A stretch of DNA of 64,000 bases, from NCBI GenBank assembly GCA_043228905.1, contig JBHGNT010000007.1, positions 17,298,001-17,362,000 of the forward strand, written 5' to 3'. Below are positions 52,139-64,000 of this stretch, in pieces (within the stretch, counting starts at the first letter, position 1; every line of letters begins with the position of its first letter). The notes under the pieces were generated by a model. The model saw only the letters and a list, made by a program, of their open reading frames with translations, did not search any database and had not been told where the DNA came from. A program made the position numbers and the translations under genes. This stretch comes from Azolla caroliniana (Eukaryota > Plantae > Polypodiophyta).

Positions 52139-55100
52139 TGTTAATCATGTTGGGAGACAGGTCCCTCCGAATGGGAAGGGAGAAGAACAGTGCCGAAATC
52201 GGATGAGGAGTACCCAACTACGGAGAGCCGGATGGTGCAGACCCGGTGAGAATCGGATGAGGAGTACCCGGCTACAGAGAGCCGGATGGTGTAGACCCGG
52301 TGAGAATCGGATGAGGAGTACCCGGCTACGGAGAGCCGGATGGTGCAGATCCGGTGAGAACCGGCTGAGGAGTACCTGGCTACGGAGAGCCGGATGGTGC
52401 AGACCCGGTGAGAACCGGATGAGGAGTACCCGGTTACGGAGAGCCAGATGGTGCAGACCCGGTGAGAAGTGCTCTCCGGATGAAGGGACATATTCGTAAA
52501 TATGTTTCTGAGAGTCCATCATGGCTATATTTGTAAATAGCCGAAAAGTCATATTAGTATAAATATGACTTAGGGCAAACTTTTAGTTGTAGTTGTTATT
52601 CTTGTTGGTGCAAGAAGAAGAGAGAGTGCGTAACAGTGTACAGAGAGAGAAAGAGGTCGTTGCCTCTGTTGTAACCGCCGCCTGTGGCGAGGATCGTGAG
52701 CACGAGGTCGTTGCCTCCGTGAACTCATTGTTGTACATTCTAACATAGTGATAGTTTGCAGCTTTTGGGCTGCCGTGGTTTTTCCCTTAGTTTGGGTTTT
52801 CCACGTAAACATCCTGTGTACATTTTTCTTCTCCTTTGTGTCGCGTGTTTTCTGTTTCCTGTTTTCTGTGTATGATTCTAAGCTCGGTCGAGGCCGAGCG
52901 TTGCATAAGGAGCGTTGAGTTCCCGTCAAATCCTTAGGGCCGGACAACAACCTAACACAGGGTGTTCACTTAAGACACTTCACCAAAGGGTGTTACAGCG
53001 AGATAACTTACGACACAACGCTTAATTGGACCTTAATTGGTTACTTAGCAATACGTCATTAACAGGCGTAAGATATACAATAAGCATAGAACGGTGAACA
53101 ATACTCAATGATTAACAAAAGGGTTATATTACTCTCCGTTGATGATTACATTGTAACCGGGCCTTTATATAGGTCACCAGTGCGAAGTACAAAACGGTGC
53201 CAACCGGCACCTATTCGGGATCGGTCCGGATCCGGATCGGCATACCGATTCCGGTCCATCCGTCCACATTTTCTCATATATTAATATATTAAGACTAGTA
53301 ATTACAATAGATTCCCAAATAACAATTCCCCTTTTCACACCCTGGTCTTGGCATCCTTAGCTCCTTTGTCGGTCGGGTAACACATGGGACAGTACCTTGT
53401 ATGTCGAATCCACTATCCGGCCCTATTACTCTTCGTTCAAAATGTCCAGAATGCTTTGCTCCAGAGTTTCCAATGGCTCGACGAGAATCTGTTGTTGCTG
53501 TTGTGGCTACTGTTGTGGTTGTTCCAACTCCGGCTGTGACTCCGATTGTTGCTCTGGCACCGGCGTTTCCTTCGTTGTTTCCTCCGTCGGAGTTGTCTCT
53601 GGTTGACTTACCCCGGCCTGGTCCTTGTACCGGCGACGGTTCCTCATCACTAAGGTTGACCGTTGCCGCATGCCTTGCTTTTTCTTCCCTAAGCCGGGAC
53701 CGCTCATAGCTCTCAAACTGGATTTGAGCATCCATCCGATCATCGTCCAGTTGCGCTATGAGTTGCCAGACCTACACCAATTGCTCATCCACCAGAGCTG
53801 TGAAATCTTCTGCCAGCTCATCCTTTATGGCGGTGAAATCCTCCGATGTTAGCATGTAACAGTCGTCACCTTCCTTCTCCCGGTTTTCCGCGTCTGCCCT
53901 GAGCAACAGGAGTTCAGCCGTATTCTGTGCCCATTTCGTCCACCATCGCACGAAGCTCTCGTCAATCAAGCGTTTGGTCTTGTTTGGCCATGCCCAGAGG
54001 ATGCACTGGATCCGTTCCATTCCCATCTGTGATTTGTTCTCCGCGGCTTGTCGCTCCTCTTTCAATTGCTATAATATGACAATTGACTTTGATAGGTGTT
54101 TTGCAACTTCTGTAACACCATTGTCGCCCTCTCCTTTTCTTCATGGTGTTGCTTGTGGAGCTCCATCCGGTCCCTCGCCGCTTCCTCCAATAGCTTTGTA
54201 TTCTCAACCCGGTCGTCGGCGAGTGCCGTCATGGCTTGATCAACTTCCTGCCGGAGCTCAGCCATCCTTTCCTGCTATTGCTTATGCTCCGTGTCCAAGC
54301 TCTTAAAGTTCCGGTGCAGGTGGTCGAAGTCCTCTGTCTTCTGCTTCAGCCTCTGGTTGATTTGCTGGTGAGCGCGGTCTTCTCGGTCCTTTTGTTGACG
54401 GAGTTCTTCTTTCAGCCTTTCGATTTCTGTTTCCGCCATCCGTCGCAACTTGTCCTTCTCCTGCAGCAATTTTTCTTTTTCCTCCTTTAGCCGATCGTAA
54501 GCTTGATGCCCTTTCCGCAGATTTTCTTCTGCCCGGCGGAGGTTTTCAGCAGTCTTCTTTAACTCCTCTTCTGCCGCTTTCTTCAAATCTCGTTCGCGGC
54601 TCCGTAGTGCTTCTTGTGCGGCAAGTTCGTCCCTTAATTCGGCAAGCTCTTGGACTTGCGCCACATCTTTCTCCGGGACGGTTTCGGTCTCCGGGGTCTT
54701 ATTCGTGTGTACAGGCGTGGTTGTTTCTTTATTTTGTACATCCACCGGAGTCACCGGTGCTTGAATCTGTGTTGCGGTTAAGGCCATTTTGGCCATGTCT
54801 TCTGTGACCGGATCCAAGTCTTGTTCAAGGCACCAGATCCTTGACCGGGCCGTCTCTAGTTCATCGGTTGTGACTAGCAACCATTCCATCTGCGCTCGTT
54901 CTTCCGCCTCTACATACAGTATCACTCCGGCAACCTGCTCTCCTGTCCACCGGAGCCATTGGCTGTCGGTGCCCTATTATTGCGTCTGCACGGAGGGTTG
55001 GCTGATGGGTTCACTTACCAGTGGCCGGTCCCACCTGACTGTGTCGAGCTACAATTCCGGCTCTGCCTGCTAACCCCTTTGCCGTTCAGGTTCCGGTTGT

Positions 55101-57850
55101 GTTTCGGCTAGCCGCTCTTGTTCTACTTGTTCTTGGCCGGCTGAGGAAGGTGGCACCTACATTATCGACGCTTGCGTTTCGGGGCTTACCATTTCCTGAC
55201 CCGCCGGTATTGCCTGTTTTGAGTCCTTTTATGAATCTGGGCACTAGCTGCAGGAGTCGTCCTAATGGCAGCGTGATTTGGCATTCCTGCAATGCTTGCC
55301 ATGTCGCATTTTCGGGTTGACTGCCGCCGGCGAGCTCTTCGGTATTTTCCTTTTGCTACGCAAGCTCTGCCATGTTTCGCGCATTCGCCTTTTTTACCCA
55401 TTCCGTTGTCTGCTTGCGGATGGCCTCTTGCGCCTCCCATTCCGTCGCCTTACCCTTCAATCTTGTGGTTACCTGCTGCAGTTCTGTGACTTCGACGACT
55501 ACCATGTTCACCGCCGGTCGTTTATCATAGCTCTTTGCCGGGCATTGATTACTATAATGTCCTTCTTGTCGGCAATAGTAGCAATATGCTTTCCAGGTAG
55601 TGTTGGATTCGGCGTTGTTTCCTGCCCCCGGTGGAGGTGTGGTAACAGCGGGGCTTTGATCCGGTTGACTGCTTGAGGCGCCATTCTCTGGTTCCCGTAG
55701 GTGACCCCTTTTCTTGAAATGGCGTTTCTTTTTGTTCCGATACTCTTGACGGGGCTGGTCATCATGTCTGTCATAGGCTTCCCGTCGTTGGTTGTAACCG
55801 GGGGATTGGTCCCGATTGTATCTTTCATACCGTCCATTATAATCCCGGTACCGATCATATCTATCATACCGGTCATAGTTGTCCCTGTACCGGACATCCT
55901 ATGCCGATCGGTATCGCTCTTCTCGTCTCCAACGTTCTTCTTCCTCCTCCTTGGTACTCCGTGGTTTGATTTGTTGAACCGGTGGTGCTTGGAAATTCAA
56001 CAAATTGTACTCGCACTGCTCCATTGTGTGGTTCCTGGAATGGCACAGTAGACATTGCGACCGCATGGTAAATTCTAGTGCTGAGTGTCCGGCATTTAGG
56101 CATGTTATGCATTGAATGGCATGTCGAAACCGGAGATCCTCATCGATTGGTAACGCTCGTTGGAGTGCTCCCATTGTTAGCCAAGAGCTTGTTTTCTCCA
56201 TTTCTCTAACCCAATTGATGATCTGGTTGACGGTATTTGTGCGAAAGTCGATGACCATGCATATCGTACGTAGAGGTTCCCGGAGCGCGGCTAAGAATAT
56301 AGCCCGTGTTTCTTCCTCCGGAGGTGTTCGGATAAGCTGACTGTGCATCTGTTGAAACCGGATGACAAACTACGGAATGCTCTCCCTAGGGTCCTGCCCG
56401 ATGGTATAAAATAGGCCCACCATTTCTCTCTGGTCCACCTCCTTCTGAAAGAAGTGCAAGAATTTAGCTTTCAGGTCCGCAAAGGTGGTGATGGTGCTGG
56501 GGTCCTGCGTCCGGTGCCATCTGGCGGCCGGTCCTTCCAATGTCACGCCGAATTCGGCTATCTTAGATCGTTCCTCTTCGGCTGTGGTTAACCGTTGTGA
56601 CACATGGTTCGCCTCCCATGTTTGTTGAAAAGCGTGAACATAAGCCTCCGCGTTCGGGTCATCCCTATACTTGGGGTACTAGAATGGCATATCGTCGTCA
56701 AATGTTGGGACACGGGTTGGCGGTGTCGGTGATCTTTCCTACTCTTCTATCAGCGTCGGAGGTCGTTGTTGGTCCTCTGTCGGAGTCAGAGGTCTTTGCC
56801 GGTTCTCTGTCGGTGTCGGAGGTCTGTGTTCCTCCTCCTTCGGTGTTGCTGACTTCTCCTCCTCTACTTCCGGTGTCGGAGGTCTTTCTTTGTCCTCTTT
56901 CATCTCCGAAGGTTTCTCCAAGTCTAGTACCGAAGGTTCCCGGTCTGACAATTCTGGTTCTGGTGTTGGTAATTTATACGACTCCTCGTCCTCCAGTCCT
57001 CCTGGGGTGTCGTTACTGCTGCGATAGTTCGTGTGCACGCTGTAACCCCCTTCCGAATCCAATTCCAGCACCGAAAATGTTTCGGATTCGCCGTCTCCTC
57101 CGGCCAAGGCCTGGAGAAGGGATTCCGCTTCCCGGAGACTGCTTAAGCTGCTTCCTTCGTCTGGGTAGGATTTTTGTTGCAGACGGAGCGACTCCTCCGC
57201 CATTTTCCGGATAACTTGGAAAATGATCGACCCAATCAGATTTCTTCTGCCGCTTGTTGGAAAGCCTCTCGCCGCCTTCGCCATTCAGCAAGTCTTCTTG
57301 CTCTCTCCGTAACCGGGTCGTCCGTTGGCCTAGTCATCCATTCCTGCCGTTGTTCACTGCGATTGTGCAAGAATCGTGGTCGCCAAAAACTGTGTTACTC
57401 CTTAGGGCCGGACAACAGCCTAACAAAGGGTGTCCACTTAAGACACTTCACCAAAGGGTGTTACAGTGAGATAACTTATGACACAACGCTTAATTAGACC
57501 TTAATTGGTTACTTAGCAATATGTCATTAACACGCGTAAGATATACAATAAGCACAGAACGGTGAACAATACTCAATGATTAACAAAAGGGTTATATTAT
57601 TCTCCATTGATGATTACATTGTAACCAGGCCTTTATATAGGTCACCGGTGCGAAGTACAAAACGGTGCCAACCGGCACCTATTCGGGATCGGTCCGGATC
57701 CGGATCGGCATACTGATTCCGGTCCGTCCGTCCACATTTTCTCATATATTAATATATTAAGACTAGTAATTACAACATATTCCCAAATAACAATTCCCCT
57801 TTTCACACCCTGGTCTTGGCGTCCTTAGCTCCTTTGTCGGCCGGGTAACA
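52139..57850 (-). mobile_element. internally deleted Tat/Athila-like element (gag plus part of the extra ORF, no pol)
   Basis: LTRs 57393-57850 and 52139-53382, TSD AAATA, PBS TGGCGACCACG near 57385-57375, gag with CCHC knuckles at 55500-56700. Removal restores host [16 protein letters not shown]. Confidence 0.88.
52148..52928 (+). mobile_element. solo LTR of another family containing about five 54-bp tandem repeats (52201-52470)
   Basis: TGTTGGG...CCCGTCA, TSD aatca/aatcc, TATA tataaata near 52558. Confidence 0.8.
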
Positions 57851-59904
57851 AAATATGGGTGCACCAACAGGAGACCTTGAATGTTGGATAAAACCATTTG
57901 CCAAGTTCTCATCGATATATTCTTGAAGAGCCTCTAACTCCGTGGGCGAAAGGTTATAAATTGGCCCCCATGGAGGCTCTTTTCCTGGCTACAAATCAAT
58001 CGGACAATCATATGGTCGATGCTCTAGTAGTCTATTCGCCTTCACCTTATCGAACACATTGGAGATTTCTATGTACTTCTTTGGTAGTTGGACCCCCAAT
58101 TCTTGTGAGCTAGATGAGGGAGTTACTAAAACCGCGAACACCAACATGTCTTCCTTCCTTCCATCCTCACATAACTAATGTATAGAGATTGTTGAAATCG
58201 TATGGGATCCTAGATCCTTTGTTGGAGTTTCAAGAGAGTTGGATTGTACCATGACCTCTTCAATAGTTCTTTTTCTCCAATCAATAGTTGGCTTATGTAA
58301 CTCAAACCAAGGAAGACCAAGAACAAGAGAGTGCTCTGGACTACTAATCATGTTGAATGAGATGACACTAGCCAAATTACCTAGGACTACACGAATTGGT
58401 TTAGACTCTTCGACTATATCACATGATGAGATAGGGTGACCATCGATGACTCCTACAACTACTGGGTTCGGGAGCTTATTCAAGAGGATGTTTTGGGTCA
58501 ATGCAAACTCACGATCCATGAAACAAGAATTGGGTCTAGAATCTAGGAGGGCAGAGGCTAGGACTTGATGACCTGTAGATGTGCTAAGCTTGACTTGTGC
58601 AGAAAAAACTCTACTAACTTGATTTGATGAAATGGAACCACAACTAGGTACTGACTCTACATATCTAGGATGGTCCAACCAAATGGCTCCTATTTTGGCC
58701 GGATTTATTCGTTTAACACATCCTCTAATTGGCTCAAGACATCAAATCTATTCTCATGGCATGGGCTATTAGGCTTAGTACTTAAGTTATTAGAAGTGAT
58801 AGTAGAACTTGAGGTAGGATTGTCGTGTGCACTTACTTGGTAAACTTGACGTCTGGGTTTATGTGGACAATTCACAGCTATATGTCCTGGACCACCACAA
58901 TAGAGGCATAGGCGATGCGGCCGACGTCATTCAGCATCTAATAAGGGCCCTCGACGTTGTGTTGACTCTATCTCCATCAGAGTGGAACCATCCCTCGTAA
59001 CAGGTCTGGGAACTTGTGGCGGTGTTGCAACTATTGAAGCGTACGTCTGTTCAGGTTGGCGGCGTAGCATTTGTTGACGTTCAAAACGTCACTCAAATAG
59101 ATGATTATCACATCGCACACCTCGACTAATGGCCTCTGTAAGAGACTTCAAATCTTCGTGGAAAGTAAGAAGAAGATCTTTGACATCGTTACGCAAACCT
59201 TGACGGAATTGATCCATTAAGGCTGCCTCATCCCAAGGGATGTCGCATGCGAAGAGATGGAAATCTGTTGCGTAGGCCAAAGCGGGACGATCTCCTTGTC
59301 GGAGTCTTCAAATCTTGTTTATTAGTGTTATCGGTGTCTCCAAAACTAGCTTGAAACTCCTTAACGAATGCCTCAAAATCCTCCAACAATGGTGATTTCT
59401 TCTTGAGAAGTGGTGCAAACCATGCTAATGTTGTACCGCTTAGCAAGGTTCCTACAAATCCTACATGAGCAACATCATTTGGGTACCGATTGGGATGTAA
59501 CTGAATCACCAAACAGACTTGATTCAGGAAACCTCGAAACAGAGATCTAGTACCATCAAACTTGGCGGGGAGGCTAATGTTTGGTTCCCTTGGGGAGTTT
59601 TGAACACCCACCGCTTGTTCTCGTAATGTTAATATAGTAGCCTCAAGTTGATGAACCCGTTGTGATAGCTCCTCATATTGATGAGCTTTCTCGGTACTCA
59701 CTTGTTGTAGATCCCCGAGTAGCCTTTGATTTTCTTGCTCTACTGCCACAAACTTAGTCGTGAGCATGTCGATATCAAAAAGTACACGCATATACTCTTG
59801 TTTGCTTGTTGTCTCCATAACTAAGGGGGGAAAGAAGAAAGCTTGCTAGGGTTATTGGAAAAGCAAAAACAAAGAATTCGGTTCAAACTGTCATGACTCA
59901 TGAG

Positions 59905-59944
<40 letters not shown>

Positions 59945-60097
59945 CTTGAAATGGAAATGAGATTGTATTATGAGGAAACAAGATTACAAAGAGTAGGCTA
60001 AGGGCTAAAGACTGGTGTTGAACCGAATGAGTTGCGATGAATGAATGGACACTTATTTATATATCCTTATGGAGTATTCTAGAATGTTCTAGAATAT

Positions 60098-61450
60098 TGT
60101 GGGATCGCGTGGTAAAACCATAGGCCAAAACCCCTCACCGAACCCGAGTAGCTATAACCAGGGTTAGGGGAGTTAGACCATGGTTTAGTTAGTTACACCA
60201 TAGTTAGTAAAAGGTTACTTAGAGGTAAGTAACTAGAAGTGTGCCAAGATAACCGAATGTATCTTGGAATGTAATACCAAACTGTATAAAAGGATTTAGA
60301 TGGAATGGAAAAGTGGAAGAGAGTTTGGAAGCATTTTACACACTTTGGTGGAGAAGACAAGCAACACTCAAGACACCAAATCAAGAAAGAGTTGAAAGAA
60401 AACAGGATGCTACTCCAACAGATCAGACACCACCACATCAAGAAGAAGAAGTCACAACGCTACCCCAACAAAACAAGACGCAAGAACAGCAAGTCAAAAC
60501 CAACATACATCATATGGCATCTCCAATACAGAACAACGGTGCAACAGAATGCATCGACATGAATCTAGAATTTCTTCAACAACACCAAGAAAACCGTCAA
60601 ACTTTCCAGATGGATCAACTAATACAAGCGGAGGCATGCTAATCGCCCAGATCCATGAGTACGACCTAAATCTTTCTCTAGTCTACCGTCTGAGGACATC
60701 CTTTCTTGGCTCGATCATTTTGAAATGGTGGCAAGCTATCATCAGTGGCCCGAAACACGGAAAGCACTAGACATGCGAACTTTATTGGAGGGCATCGCAA
60801 CAACATGGTTCATACATCAAACATAGGAGTCTAAGAACAATTGGTCGATACTTAAATCCCTCATGATCGGGAATTTTGCTCACCAGGACTCAACTTAGAC
60901 GGCTCTGCAGCAACTAGAGACAATCAAACAACAACAACAACATGAGCCAGTAACACAATTTGCAATCCGATTACAACAATTACTTACTCGCACAAATCTA
61001 ACAATGCCAGAATCGATGTAGCTATTCTTCTTACGGCCATGGCTATGCCCAGATATATATCGTTGAGTGCGCGACCAAGGCCCCAAAACATTTCAGGAAG
61101 CCATCCTCATTGCGCAACGCATTGAAGCAGCAACACAAACAGAACTCCAAATGAGTTGGTCATCCAATGTCAATTTCGAGAAGTAGTACAATAGCAATGC
61201 CACGCCAATGGAAATCGATATCCAGAACACTCAACTACAAGCAAGAAGGAACCTGCCAACACATGATGCACAAGGAAGACCTAAGTGTTTTTTTTTCAAT
61301 AACTATGGGCACGTGAAGAAACGTTGTCAGAAATGGAACAACCAAACACAGAAGCAGAATGTGCAAGTACACTTGGCTGACAAAGTTACGAGGTCGACCT
61401 GTTGGAAAACTGAGTCGCGGGGTGTTGAAGGGAGCACAACCCCTGCACAT
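60098..61450 (+). mobile_element. retroelement relic with decayed gag, inserted in the chromovirus 5' LTR
   Basis: Homology to the chromovirus LTR stops at TGTGGG. Gag-like pieces: LLEGIATTWF, FQEAILIAQRIE, PMEID and a degenerate knuckle CFFFNNYGHVKKRC. Confidence 0.6.
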
Positions 61451-62046
61451 ACAAGCATCTCGTCATAGTACGTAATATACTCGAATGCATTGGCAAACAT
61501 TCTTTTTTCATACGGATACAAACGAATGCGTATGTTATCAAAACATTCGCATGGTTTCTTGTTACACTTTTTACCTTAAAAATTTGTTTACCTTATTTTA
61601 TATAAATAAATAATGAATACAAAAGTATGGTATTTACCATATGTACTACCATACTCGAATGATTGAAACCATTCGCGAATGCGAATGGAAGTATGGTGCG
61701 CATGGTTCATACTATGAAATTTCACATAATACATTCACATTCAGAAATAGATCCATGGATTCCATGAATTTGACAAGAATCCATGACCAGACAGACAGAC
61801 TCTATACTCTGAGAGAGAGAGAGAGAGAGAGAGAGAAAACGCAAAGTTCGGAGATGTTGGAGAAGGGCAAACACTAATTTTGATGTATCTTCTTGTTACG
61901 GTGTATGTTTCCTTTGTTCTTTAGCTTGTTTCGAAGCCTGCACATAGAGCTTTCTGAAGAGTATCTGCATGTATCATTTGGAGGTCTTGGTAGAACGTTA
62001 CGAGTAAAAATTCCATTCGATTGCATGCATCTCATGATCGCTTGCT

Positions 62047-64000
62047 TTGATTCCTTCTCCAACACAATTACTTGTAAGTGAACTCTCTCCTATTTCTTGT
62101 CATATGGATGGTAGTGTTTTCATGAATATGGATGAGTCTCCAATTTCTTCAAAGGATGCGTGCATGGTTGAGTCAGTATCAAGCCCAAGAGGGGATGGTA
62201 AAAGAAAACGATGTATTGGAGATAATAGTAATGACATGTCTTATGCTGATGCAATGCGACAAGATGATATTGAGAAAGATGATAGTCATTGGGAACATTT
62301 AATATGCATGGCAAATATATTAATGGAAGATTGTATAAGGGAGAATGTGAAAGTTGTTGAGGAGTTTGTTGACAATGAAGTGGCTAAGGTAGAAATAGAC
62401 AATAAGGGGTTTTTGGGCTCATTTGCTAATTTTTTTGATAAAGGGGTCATATTGTTTTTCACGGGAAAGATACCTTTCCTTTGGAGGGTCAAACAATGGT
62501 TACGTGGGATTCTACAAGATGATTGTGTTTAGGATGTTTACGCTGGTCCTCGTGGATTTTATGAGGTTGTTTTGGTATCACAAGACTATAAAGAGAAATT
62601 ACTCAATAAATTGCAAGTTTTTTATGAGAAAAGTTTGGTTCATATTGTTCCATGGAGACCATTAGTGGAATACCAAGATATATTAAAGCAAGAGTGTCTC
62701 GTATGGGTTGAGGTAGAGTGCACATATTTAGTGGTTTGGCCAATATTATGGTCAACGATGGAAAAGTTGGGAAAGATCTTGGTGCCTCCTAGTGCTAATG
62801 CTCAAAATCAATATCGGATGTGTATTCTTTGGAATACTGCTATAAAGAGGCCAAGTTGTTTACATATTGCATGTTCTAGTATGTCACCTATGTATTTTCG
62901 GCTTAAATGGGGTACATTTGTAGGACATTGTTTCCATTGTGGTGTGTTGGGGCATTTTATGGCTGAATGTCCTCAAAAAAGAAATAATGTAGTGGAAGTG
63001 GTACATGAAGAGCCTACAACTCATGATCAGATTCAAGATTTGACAATTTCAGAGCAAACGAAGGAACCACAAATTGTGAATGAGAAGGATGGAAAAACTC
63101 TAGAGGATGAAGGACAATGGTCAATAGTTTCTGGAAAGATGAAGAAGTCTAATAAAAATGTTGGGCATAATGTATCTATGGAGAAGGTCACACCGACACA
63201 TCCCATGCGGAATAAACCATGGGCTCGTCAAGAGGACTATCCAAAGAAATTATCTTTTGATAATAAAGGTAATCTATATGTTCCTTGGAATAAACGGAAA
63301 TCGGTGCCTCGTTCACATGAGGAGCCATCGGGGTCTGGAGTTTTGCATTCCCATAGCAATTCATATGCAATCTTAGGGGATTTATTTCAGGATATGGCAG
63401 AAACATTAGCAGTGAAGGAGAAGGAGATTTCTCGAATAAAAGCAAAAAATAAAGTATGAAGATCACCACATGGAATGTGAGGGGATTGTGTTCTAGATTT
63501 AGAATGCATGAGGTTTGGAGGATTATGTTAAGTGAGCAATGGAATGTTTTATGTGCAGTAGAGCATAAAGTTCATCGGAATGCTGGTTTAATTAGTTATT
63601 CTAAGGGTTATACATTATGTTATGCTGGCAAGGTTCATGGGGATTATTCTGGGATTGTCATGTTTATAAGAGATAAATTTCACCCAAAAGTAATTGTTTC
63701 AGATGAATTTGGAAGATTTATTGTGGTAGAGATATGTTATGAAGGGCAAGCTCTTTGGTTAGTTGGTGTGTATGCATCAAATGTTTCACAAGAACGAAAG
63801 TTGTTATGGAGATCTCTAAACTCAGTGCTTAATAATGGTAGACCGGGTTTATTGATGGGAGATTTTAATGTTTGTTGTGAGACAGATCAATCAACATCTA
63901 TCCACTCTATTATGGATGGACCAGAGGCTCAAGAATGGGGAGATTTTGAGACTGAAGTCATGTTAAGGGATGTATGGAAATGGATCAAGGGAGATGAACC
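62047..64000 (+). mobile_element. L1-clade LINE: ORF1 (62047-63459, one internal stop) and ORF2 endonuclease (63456 to window end)
   Basis: ORF1 has CFHCGVLGHFMAEC. ORF2 MKITTWNVRGL...VGVYAS...LMGDFN...DVW is open to the window end. The ORFs overlap at ATGA (63456-63459). Confidence 0.92.

Larger units (their letters stand above)
44464..60097 (-). mobile_element. Ty3/gypsy chromovirus (Tcn1-like), decayed, with nested insertions; 5' LTR interrupted at 60098
   Basis: 3' LTR 44464-44888, PPT 44889-44902. Chromodomain EYEVVAILDSK..YYLVDWLGY..TWE, integrase 45457-46510, RNase H 50550-51160, RT 51612-52138 and 57856-58130, protease ALLDS 58175-58678, gag 58800-59818. The 5' LTR starts at 59889. 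Confidence 0.94.

Noticed and set aside
52201-52470. 54-bp repeat array and its overlapping ORFs
   Set aside because: Near-identical tandem units in the U3 of a solo LTR. The ORFs are by-products of a unit length divisible by 3.
61460-61800. Possible MITE with CGAAT/ATTCG repeats
   Set aside because: No TIR pair or TSD could be identified.

Overview
Eukaryotic, TE-dense DNA, most likely from a non-seed land plant such as a fern or lycophyte (inferred from the TE lineages and gene structure). Host genes are an intact 11-exon DUF676 alpha/beta-hydrolase gene with a U12-type intron (6232-11312, +) and the large last exon of a ROS3-like gene (14621-15611, -). Most of the rest is nested retroelements: two Ty1/copia, a self-priming chromovirus, Tat/Athila-like copies, non-autonomous LTR elements, solo LTRs, LINEs, a SINE and a hAT MITE. 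The main hidden feature is missed by the ORF track. Removing the nested insertions by their target-site duplications rejoins a minus-strand, intron-containing pseudogene that encodes a ParB-like domain fused to a prokaryote/phage-type beta-class amino (N6-adenine or N4-cytosine) DNA methyltransferase (exons 44463-43828, 43749-43734 + 28155-28033, 27945-27479, 27380-27088, 26999-26665). All calls come from manual reading and translation; no database searches were run.
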